Shown piece after piece: positions 1 through 7,481 of a stretch of DNA of 17,225 nt. Position numbers and translations under genes: made by a program. Below the pieces are notes generated by a model, which saw only the letters and a list, made by a program, of their open reading frames with translations, made no database searches and was not told where the DNA came from. Each line of letters begins with the position of its first letter. The stretch's first letter is position 1. Source of the DNA: Candidatus Bathyarchaeia archaeon (lineage in GTDB: Archaea; Thermoproteota; Bathyarchaeia; Bathyarchaeales; Bathycorpusculaceae). The stretch lies in assembly GCA_038883795.1 (NCBI GenBank), contig JAVZLK010000034.1:1-17225 (forward strand). The letters run 5' to 3'.

Positions 1-26
1 CCAAAATGATTTAGAGGCCTAAAGAA

Positions 27-767
27 ATGGAAAATAAAGTCGTTAGCCTAAAAATCGAGCAGATTCTAGGATTAGAATCGCCGCTGATAGCTGTTAAAAT
101 AGTTAAAACAGAGGAGCAAAAACCAAACATAAAGTCTCCACCACAGAAATCCAGATATTGTCAACTTCTCATGCTTGCTCGAAGAGGGCAAACACTAATG
201 TTGACTGCTGAGGATTTAGCCTGTCCAGCGGCTAAATCAGCCTTGGGCTTTGCGCCTTTGCCAGAGAAGATTGCAAGTGGAGAAATGCTTTGTTCCTTGG
301 GACTTTACATGACCAAGGAAGCTGCTGCAAAAACGATGAGCATGATACCTCGAATAAAACTTGGGGAGGCAAAGGCAGTAGCCGCCGGCCCCTTAAAAGA
401 TTTTATTTTAACGCCGGACGTCGTCGTGGTTGAAGGGCTTCCTGAACAGATAATGTGGCTTTGCCTAGCCAGAAACTTCAAAGAAGGGGGGCGCCTCCAT
501 TTCAGCTCATCAATCTTCCAATGCTGCTGCGTAGACGTGACAGTGGTTCCCTATATTACAGGCGAGGTTAACATAAGCCCTGGATGTTACGGATGCCGCG
601 AAGCCACAGACACACCGCCCGAACACATGTTCATGGGAATTCCAGCAAAAATCATTCCAGAAATTGTTGAATCCCTCGAATATTTGTCAAAAAAGGCTAT
701 GCCAGCTGTCAGAGAAAAGCGCGTATACAAAGTCTACATGGCATCTCGAGAAGGAAAGGTTCGATGA
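27..767 (+). CDS. DUF169 family protein (Cys-rich, putative metal-binding)
   Basis: 246 aa ORF with DUF169-type motifs RYCQ, LACPAA..ALG, PDVVVV.G.PEQ.M.L, QCCC, SPGCYGCR; stop overlaps next start (ATGA 764-767). Confidence 0.85.
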   Translation: MENKVVSLKIEQILGLESPLIAVKIVKTEEQKPNIKSPPQKSRYCQLLMLARRGQTLMLTAEDLACPAAKSALGFAPLPEKIASGEMLCSLGLYMTKEAAAKTMSMIPRIKLGEAKAVAAGPLKDFILTPDVVVVEGLPEQIMWLCLARNFKEGGRLHFSSSIFQCCCVDVTVVPYITGEVNISPGCYGCREATDTPPEHMFMGIPAKIIPEIVESLEYLSKKAMPAVREKRVYKVYMASREGKVR

Positions 768-1318
768 GCAAAGATTTCACCAAAATCAGCATCAGTGAAA
801 GGGTTCCGTGCCTCCTTGAGCCTAGAAAGCTTCAGATAACAGCCCAAGCAGACAAGCCTCTGAACGAGATTGTTCCCATACTTTTTTTGGCTATACCCCA
901 TTCGCAATATGCCAAAGCCTTCGGCTCTGTCACATTTTTATTAGAAGGGAAGCTTGTAACAGTTTACTCTGATGGAAAGATTAAGTTAGGCTGCGTCTTT
1001 AGGGAGGAAATCGCCTTAAGGCTTCTAGAAAAGTTAAAGGCTATACTGGACAAGGCTTATGAGTACTATGAGAAGCATGGTTCTCCAGACCCCAAGCTTT
1101 TAGAAGCCAAACAGAAGCTCAATCCCATTGAAATATACAAGCACCTACCAAAAACGAACTGTAAAGAATGCGGAGAGCAGGGATGCTTCCCCTTCGCCGT
1201 AAAACTTGCAAACGGAGAGAAAACCCTACAAGAGTGCACCCAAATCCAACAACCACAATACAGTGCTGACGAGGAAAAACTAGAGAAAATGATACAGCCA
1301 ATAAAGCTGGAAATCTGA
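764..1318 (+). CDS. (Fe-S)-binding protein with C-terminal putative 4Fe-4S domain (COG4871-like)
   Basis: C-terminal LPKTNCKECGEQGCFPFAVKL...EC (CxxCxxxxC...C), the Fe-S domain type found at the N-terminus of AcsC/CdhE and in RnfB; N-terminal VPC...LVTVYSDGKI domain. Confidence 0.8.
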   Translation: MSKDFTKISISERVPCLLEPRKLQITAQADKPLNEIVPILFLAIPHSQYAKAFGSVTFLLEGKLVTVYSDGKIKLGCVFREEIALRLLEKLKAILDKAYEYYEKHGSPDPKLLEAKQKLNPIEIYKHLPKTNCKECGEQGCFPFAVKLANGEKTLQECTQIQQPQYSADEEKLEKMIQPIKLEI

Positions 1319-1330
1319 GAATGGTAATGT

Positions 1331-1657
1331 GTGGGGTTCATCAGCTTGGATTTGAAAGTTAAGCTTCCGAAAGAAAAGGCGTTCTATTTTTTCTCTTCCA
1401 TTGGAAACTATACTGGTGAAAGTGCAGCATCGATAGAGGATTTCCTGAATAAAATTGAGCGTATAGATGTTAAATCCATAGAGTTTCATTTTTATAGAGG
1501 CGATTTCGAGAAATGGTTGGCTGAAACTATAGGCGACAAAGAGTTAGCAGAAAAGATTGGAAAATTGAAAAGCCAAAACCTTACAGGGGAGAGTTTAAGA
1601 TATCAGCTTCATAAAATCGTTTCAAAAAAGTTGGAAGCGTTGCGGCTTGAACGATGA
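1331..1657 (+). CDS. DUF5752 family protein
   Basis: GTG start; AFYF..G.YTG..A.S..DF...I......SIEFH..RGDFEKW.....GD.ELA pattern; ATGA overlap with next gene. Confidence 0.75.
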   Translation: MGFISLDLKVKLPKEKAFYFFSSIGNYTGESAASIEDFLNKIERIDVKSIEFHFYRGDFEKWLAETIGDKELAEKIGKLKSQNLTGESLRYQLHKIVSKKLEALRLER

Positions 1658-3171
1658 CAACTATGAAGGTTTTATTAACTGCTGATAGAACTTTGATGAG
1701 TAATTATCGGAACGACGAGTTCTTGGGCTTTGGAACAACAGCGCCTCCAAACGTTGTTCCAGAATGGTTTTTTCAAATGCTCTTCTTTCCACCTATAAAA
1801 AAAGTTAACGGCATTCCCGTTCAGGCGCCCTATGGACTTAGAAAAATTGAGGCTCAACTGTTAAATGAAGGATTCAAAGTTTTAACAGTTGATCCAGACC
1901 ACCTTAGTAAACATTTGGACGACGCTAAGGCGTTGGGAATCCACGTTATGGATCCCTTCGGTTTAGGTCCTGCATCATCCACATTCTCCCGCATTTTAAA
2001 AACTGGCGAGCCATATGTTGCAAAACACTTCCGTCTTTTGCTTGAAAAACCAGAATTGGCCGAAGCGAAGAAAAGCGGCCTAAAAGTAATCGTGGGCGGA
2101 CCTGGAGCATGGCAGCTTAGGCTTAGACCAAAATTTGTTGACGACCATGGAATCGACTGTGTGATAGACGGAGAAGCCGAAAAGGTTGTAGGCAAAATAT
2201 TTAGGACGGCAGTTGAAGGCGATGAACTTCCAAAATTCTATGAGGTTAGCGCTAAAGAATCGCCAAGCTTGGATGAAATACCTGAGATTAAAAACCCGTC
2301 AATAAATGGTTTAATTGAGATAGGGCGTGGGTGTTGTCGTGGATGCCAATTCTGCAGCGTCACGTTAAGGCCTCTAAGATGGTACCCATATAAAAAGATA
2401 GAAAGAGAACTCTTAGTAAACGTGGATTCTGGAGTAAGATATGCTATACTACACGCTGAAGATGTGTTGCTCTACGGCTCAAAAACCGTGTTGCCGGACA
2501 GAGAAAAAGTGCTGAAACTGCATAAGCTATGCAAAGATTATGTTGAAGAGTTAAGCTGGAGCCACACATCAATGGCTGCGGTTGCAGCTGCCCCAGAACT
2601 TGTGGAGGAAGTTGCAGAACTAATAATAAGTGATAAGCAGGAATGGTGGGGAACTGAAATAGGAATAGAAACAGGCTCACCGGAGCTTGTAAAGAAAGTT
2701 ATGCCTGCCAAGGTTCGCCCGTTCCAGCCTGAGCAGTGGCCCGAGGTTATCAAAACAGCTGCTGGCATAATGACGGATAACAACCTTGTTCCTGCATGTA
2801 CTCTAATAACGGGTTTGCCTCAAGAAACAGAAGACGACGTAGTAAAAACAATAGAGTTAATGGACGACTTAAAAGATTTCAAAAGTCTAATTGTGCCCCT
2901 GTTTTTCGTTCCATTAGGCAAATTGAAAGACAAAAACTGGTTTACAATGGAGCAGATGAGCGACCTGCAAACGGAGTTGCTGATAAAATGTTTAAGGCAT
3001 GACATTTACTGGACAAAAGTGATAATGAAGTCATACTTTAAAGGGAAATGGTACAGTAGAATTCTATCCTTTCTATACTGGCTCTTTGTGAAAATAATTG
3101 AAAGGAAGGCGAAAAGCATCTACAACATTCCATTTAAAACGAAACCCACAAGGATAGAGGCGAAAACATGA
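1654..3171 (+). CDS. grs: Radical SAM protein, GDGT ring synthase (Grs)/GMGT synthase (Gms) family
   Basis: CxxxCxxC (GRGCCRGCQFC); N-terminal motifs LTADRTLMSNY, EFLGF, QAPYGLRKIEA, DPDHL, MDPFGLGP, VGGPGAWQ recalled from Grs-family tetraether-lipid-modifying enzymes; Grs versus Gms not resolved. Confidence 0.72.
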   Translation: MTTMKVLLTADRTLMSNYRNDEFLGFGTTAPPNVVPEWFFQMLFFPPIKKVNGIPVQAPYGLRKIEAQLLNEGFKVLTVDPDHLSKHLDDAKALGIHVMDPFGLGPASSTFSRILKTGEPYVAKHFRLLLEKPELAEAKKSGLKVIVGGPGAWQLRLRPKFVDDHGIDCVIDGEAEKVVGKIFRTAVEGDELPKFYEVSAKESPSLDEIPEIKNPSINGLIEIGRGCCRGCQFCSVTLRPLRWYPYKKIERELLVNVDSGVRYAILHAEDVLLYGSKTVLPDREKVLKLHKLCKDYVEELSWSHTSMAAVAAAPELVEEVAELIISDKQEWWGTEIGIETGSPELVKKVMPAKVRPFQPEQWPEVIKTAAGIMTDNNLVPACTLITGLPQETEDDVVKTIELMDDLKDFKSLIVPLFFVPLGKLKDKNWFTMEQMSDLQTELLIKCLRHDIYWTKVIMKSYFKGKWYSRILSFLYWLFVKIIERKAKSIYNIPFKTKPTRIEAKT

Positions 3172-4538
3172 AAGTATGCCTAATTTCGCCTCCATACAAT
3201 TCAGAGGCCAAATCAGTTGTTGGAGTATCATCGCCCCCATTAGGCTTAGCATATATTGCTTCAATGCTTAGGCAAAACCACGAAGTGAAAATTATAGATT
3301 CAAACATCCTCAACTATTCATTGGAAGATGTTGAAAGGGAAATGCGAAGTTTTAATCCAGACGTTGTTGGAATCACTTCGGTAACGCCCTCCATCTATGG
3401 GGCATACAAGGTCGCGGAAACAGCTAAAAAGGTTAAAGAGAATTGCACCGTAGTTTTAGGTGGACCGCATGCAACTTTCATGCCGAGGCGAACTATGGAA
3501 GAATGCAAATACGTTGACATAATCGTTAGAGGCGAAGGCGAGGAGACAACAAGAGAATTAATCGAAACTATTGAAAAAGGAGCCTCACTAAACGAGGTGA
3601 AGGGAATTACTTTCAGAAAGGAAAATGAAATAATTGACGCTGAACCTAGACCGTTCATAAAGAATGTTGATGATATACCGTTTCCAAGCATAGACTTGCT
3701 GCCCATGCACCTTTACAAATTTAACGGAGTAAAATACACAGCGATGCTGACAAGCAGAGGATGCCCATTCAAATGCTCATTCTGCTCATCCTCAAGGCTT
3801 TTCGGAGGATACTGGAGGGGAAGAAGCCCTGAAAACGTCCTGGAAGAAATTAGAATAGTATATGATGATTACAACATCAGAAACATCGAGTTTGTGGATG
3901 ACACTTTTACGCTTAACCGAGAAAGAGCGGAAAAGATATGCGATGGAATAATCAAGGAAGGCATAGATATAAGCTGGGGAGCATCGTCAAGAGTAGACAC
4001 ACTATCCAAAAAACTTGTTGAAAAAATGAGGAAAGCAGGATGCTGGATTCTGTTTCTTGGAATAGAATCAGGCTCCCAGAAAATACTAGACGCCATCGGG
4101 AAAAGAATCACAATTGAGCAAGCAAAGAAAGCAGTAAAAATTGTGAAAGATGCTGGAATTAAAGTTTTAGGCTCCTTTATAATAGGTTTCCTACAAGACA
4201 CCACAGAAACAATTAAGGAGACAATAAAATTCGCTAAAAGCCTAAATCTAGACTACGCAGAATTCTCAATACTTACGCCATATCCAGGGACTCCAATATT
4301 TGATTACTCCAAAAAGAACAACATGCTTCTCACAGAAAACTGGTCCAGATACACAGCTGCCGAGCCAATCGTCAAAATCGAAGGGGTATCTGAAAAAGAA
4401 GTCAAGGCCCTGTTCCAAAAAGCATACATCACATTTTATCTTAGACCAAAAATTGTTATAGGATGGCTCAAAAACAAACAGTTCAGCTTCATGAAAAGCG
4501 GAATTAAAGCCGTGATAAACTATTTAGAAGGAAGATAA
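3168..4538 (+). CDS. Cobalamin-binding radical SAM protein (class B methyltransferase/BchE-like)
   Basis: N-terminal B12-binding domain (PPLGLAYIAS, DVVGITS, GGPHAT, GEGE); SRGCPFKCSFC; GIESGS and TPYPGT motifs. Confidence 0.9.
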   Translation: MKVCLISPPYNSEAKSVVGVSSPPLGLAYIASMLRQNHEVKIIDSNILNYSLEDVEREMRSFNPDVVGITSVTPSIYGAYKVAETAKKVKENCTVVLGGPHATFMPRRTMEECKYVDIIVRGEGEETTRELIETIEKGASLNEVKGITFRKENEIIDAEPRPFIKNVDDIPFPSIDLLPMHLYKFNGVKYTAMLTSRGCPFKCSFCSSSRLFGGYWRGRSPENVLEEIRIVYDDYNIRNIEFVDDTFTLNRERAEKICDGIIKEGIDISWGASSRVDTLSKKLVEKMRKAGCWILFLGIESGSQKILDAIGKRITIEQAKKAVKIVKDAGIKVLGSFIIGFLQDTTETIKETIKFAKSLNLDYAEFSILTPYPGTPIFDYSKKNNMLLTENWSRYTAAEPIVKIEGVSEKEVKALFQKAYITFYLRPKIVIGWLKNKQFSFMKSGIKAVINYLEGR

Positions 4539-4539
4539 A

Positions 4540-6009
4540 ATGCATGAGGCAGATTTGGTTGCAAACACCGTTAAGACATGGCTAGGCAACCCCATATCGA
4601 GAAGTCTATTAAGGTGGGTTTCAAAAAGAACGGAGAAAGGCAGCAAACTGGAGTCCGCCCTAAAGAAATACGTGGGTGAACAGGAAAAATTAAGCTTACA
4701 AGAAAAACTAGCCTACGCGATAGTTAAGCTAGCCCTCAATAAAGGTTCAGAATCCTTCGGCGTTTCAAAGGAGCAACTGGTAGAATCTTTAAGAAACCCC
4801 ATGGTAAGGCGAGGCATCGCAAACGTCCTTGAGGGCATAGGCCACTACGGCGTGCAAAGACCCCAAACAACAGCCGCACCATTTCTCATAGTGTGGAACT
4901 TCACAAAACAATGCAATTTAAGATGTAAACACTGCTATGAAAACGCTGGACCGAAACCCGCTCCTGACGAACTAACAACAGAAGAAGCAAAAAAAGCCAT
5001 AGACGATTTTGCAAGCGCTGGAGTAGTCGCCCTCTCATTCTCAGGTGGAGAACCATTGGCAAGAAAAGACTTCCTTGAAGTAGCCAAGTATGCCGCTGAT
5101 AGGGAATTTTATGTTTCCGTAGCATCCAATGGAACATTAATCACAAAAGCGACTGCACAGAAAATGAAGAAGGCTGGCGTCCAATATGTTGAAATTTCTT
5201 TAGACGGATTTGAAGAAACTCATGACGAATTTAGGGGGATACCTGGCGCTTGGAAACGAGCTGTAGAAGGTATAAAAAACTGTGTTGAAGCTGGTTTAGA
5301 CACGGGCATTGCAACAACAGCAACACATTACAATCTGAAAGAAATACCGAAACTTGTAGAATTCATCGAGAATGACCTTCACGCAAAAAGGTTCATAGTC
5401 TTCAACTTCATACCCGTAAATAGAGGAAAAGAAATAGTGAATCAGGATATAACTCCAAAAGAGAGAGAAGAACTCTTGGATTTTCTTTACTCAAAACTCA
5501 TAGACAACAACAGAAAATTAGACACATTTTCCACAGCTCCCCAATATGCTGTTACCTCATACAAGTTTGCCTTTGGTCCAGTAGTGGCAACACACTTCAC
5601 AAATAGAGCTGCCTCAGAAATGCTTAAGGGAAGAACTAAATCACTAACCGAGTTCATCGGCGGATGCGGCGCTGGCCGCCTCTACTGCGGCATGGAACCA
5701 AATGGAGACATTGAACCATGCGTCTTCATACCCATAAAAGTTGGAAACATTCGAGAGCAAAGCCTAGTCAAAATCTGGAGAGAATCAACGGTCCTAAAAC
5801 AGATAAGGAACAGAGACGTTTTCAAGGGCTGCGGAGAATGCGAATACAAGTTCATATGCGGAGGGTGCAGAGCGAGAGCCTATGCCTACTTCAACGACTT
5901 ACAAGGTCCAGACCCAGGCTGCAGCATCAACCAAAAATACTGGGAAAAAGTGGCGCAGTCAAAACATCAATATAGGCTTCTAAAAGAATTGGAAAGGGAA
6001 AATTTATGA
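4540..6009 (+). CDS. Radical SAM/SPASM domain protein (NirJ/AhbD-like) with ~110 aa N-terminal extension
   Basis: WNFTKQCNLRCKHCY, SGGEPL, ISLDG; SPASM cysteines CGAGRLYC, PC, CGECEYKFICGGCRARAY, DPGC. Confidence 0.9.
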   Translation: MHEADLVANTVKTWLGNPISRSLLRWVSKRTEKGSKLESALKKYVGEQEKLSLQEKLAYAIVKLALNKGSESFGVSKEQLVESLRNPMVRRGIANVLEGIGHYGVQRPQTTAAPFLIVWNFTKQCNLRCKHCYENAGPKPAPDELTTEEAKKAIDDFASAGVVALSFSGGEPLARKDFLEVAKYAADREFYVSVASNGTLITKATAQKMKKAGVQYVEISLDGFEETHDEFRGIPGAWKRAVEGIKNCVEAGLDTGIATTATHYNLKEIPKLVEFIENDLHAKRFIVFNFIPVNRGKEIVNQDITPKEREELLDFLYSKLIDNNRKLDTFSTAPQYAVTSYKFAFGPVVATHFTNRAASEMLKGRTKSLTEFIGGCGAGRLYCGMEPNGDIEPCVFIPIKVGNIREQSLVKIWRESTVLKQIRNRDVFKGCGECEYKFICGGCRARAYAYFNDLQGPDPGCSINQKYWEKVAQSKHQYRLLKELERENL

Positions 6010-6785
6010 AAATTTTCGTTACGATGGGACGCGGGGGGACGGGAAAAACAAGTTTCGTTGCCTTGATGGCTAAATACTTCATCGAAAATGGAGAAACCCC
6101 GCTTCTTTTGGTGGATTCCGACCCTGACCAAAATCTTGGGGAAATGGTCGGTGTAGACTTGCATGAGTATAGGAAAAAGACAATTTCAGAGCTGCTCGTC
6201 GAAACTTTCTTAGAACAGGGCGGAACCTTGGTCGGTGTTCCGCCAAGCGAACGCATAGAAAGTCGCATATGGGCTCATGGAATGTACGAGGGTGAACACT
6301 TCGATTTTATTGCTGTTGGAACAAAATGGATTGAGGGATGCTATTGTCTACCAGACGCAGCTTTAAAGGGCGCTCTAGAATCATTAACGAAAAATTACAG
6401 ATATGTCCTAGTTGACTCACCAGCTGGCTTGGAGCATCTTAACCGGCGAATAACATCAAAAGTTGACGACATCTTCGACGTAATAGATCCATCAAAAAAG
6501 TCCTTCGATCACATTGAACGCGCTTATCGCGTGGCCAAAGAGGTTAAGATAGACTTTAGAAACCTCTATGTTATTGGAGGCTTCAGGTTTCCAGAAAGCC
6601 TAGAAAGCCAGGCTGAAAAGGTTTTACCATTCAAATTTTTGGGAAGGATCGCCTATGACGAAAACGTCGAAGAATACGTCCTAGCTGGGAAATCCCTTTT
6701 AACTTTGCCATCAAATACTCCAGCATACCTTTCTGTCGAGGGAATATTGGAAAAGGCAGGATATGGCAAGGCAGTTAATTTATAA
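6006..6785 (+). CDS. cooC: CooC/AcsF-type MinD-family ATPase (metal-insertion/maturation factor)
   Basis: Deviant Walker A GRGGTGKT, VDSDPDQNL, metal-binding GCYC, DSPAGLEHLNRR. Confidence 0.8.
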   Translation: MKIFVTMGRGGTGKTSFVALMAKYFIENGETPLLLVDSDPDQNLGEMVGVDLHEYRKKTISELLVETFLEQGGTLVGVPPSERIESRIWAHGMYEGEHFDFIAVGTKWIEGCYCLPDAALKGALESLTKNYRYVLVDSPAGLEHLNRRITSKVDDIFDVIDPSKKSFDHIERAYRVAKEVKIDFRNLYVIGGFRFPESLESQAEKVLPFKFLGRIAYDENVEEYVLAGKSLLTLPSNTPAYLSVEGILEKAGYGKAVNL

Positions 6786-6812
6786 CGTGTACCTATATTC
6801 AATAGAGAAAAC

Positions 6813-6818
6813 GGAGGT
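6813..6818 (+). promoter_or_regulatory. Shine-Dalgarno site of DGC-domain gene
   Basis: GGAGGT just upstream of ATGATG at 6822/6825. Confidence 0.6.
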
Positions 6819-6821
6819 AAG

Positions 6822-7265
6822 ATGATGAGCATACCCAAAATAGGGCTTGTTGCATGCAACAGTGGCGCTTCAAATACTGGATATTTAACAGGGTTAGCCG
6901 CACTGGAAGTAGTTAAAAAATTTGGAAGCGAAGTCGGAATATGCTCATTACCCGCATTAGCTAACAACATTTCAAGACAAATCGTGCTCGTTAAGAAAAT
7001 TAAACATCTAATCGTTATTGACGGCTGCCGTAATGAATGTTCAAGAAAAATACTGAACACTTTAGGAATCAAATATGAAAAATACTTAAATCTGGAATAT
7101 GATCTCCAAATCACCAAACTGGGACCATTCACCACTTTGAACTGTTCCGGAGAGGACGTCGAAAAAGTTTCATCAGCTATAATAGAAAAGATAAAAGAGA
7201 TTGATAGCATTTCATTATCCAACTTTGTTAGGCCTAGCTGCACTCACGAAAGTGCAAGAACATAA
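6822..7265 (+). CDS. DGC domain putative zinc-binding protein
   Basis: ACNSGASNTG, GIC and IDGCRNECS motifs typical of the DGC family. Confidence 0.85.
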   Translation: MMSIPKIGLVACNSGASNTGYLTGLAALEVVKKFGSEVGICSLPALANNISRQIVLVKKIKHLIVIDGCRNECSRKILNTLGIKYEKYLNLEYDLQITKLGPFTTLNCSGEDVEKVSSAIIEKIKEIDSISLSNFVRPSCTHESART

Positions 7266-7339
7266 AATCCATAACTACATTAATCACAATACTGAACCCA
7301 AAAGTATACGTCGTAACTAACTTAGGCGTTCTCAACTTA

Positions 7340-7367
7340 ATTTCTATTAGTGTCTCTTAACAGAATA
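7340..7367 (-). repeat. 28-bp 11-6-11 quasi-palindromic site A (Xer/dif-like site or operator)
   Basis: Reverse complement reads TATTCTGTTAA-GAGACA-CTAATAGAAAT; matches sites B and C in opposite orientation. Confidence 0.8.
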
Positions 7368-7481
7368 AATAACTATTCAATTTTGGATTTGAGTTAAATC
7401 TAAGTTAATTATAGAGGATTTTTCCGTAATTTTTTAGTTTAAGAGTTTTGTATTTATATTTGAATAAAGGAGGGGTAGGTT

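Noticed and set aside
4540-6009. RiPP maturase or heme biosynthesis (ahbC/ahbD) call
   Set aside because: No adjacent precursor peptide or PqqD/RRE domain and no other ahb/nir genes; only family-level support.
1066-6268. Many short antisense or alternative-frame ORFs (60-113 aa) within the + strand operon
   Set aside because: All overlap genes with clear family motifs; typical shadow ORFs.
6653-7243. 196 aa minus-strand ORF
   Set aside because: Antisense shadow of the well-supported cooC and DGC genes; no recognisable motifs.
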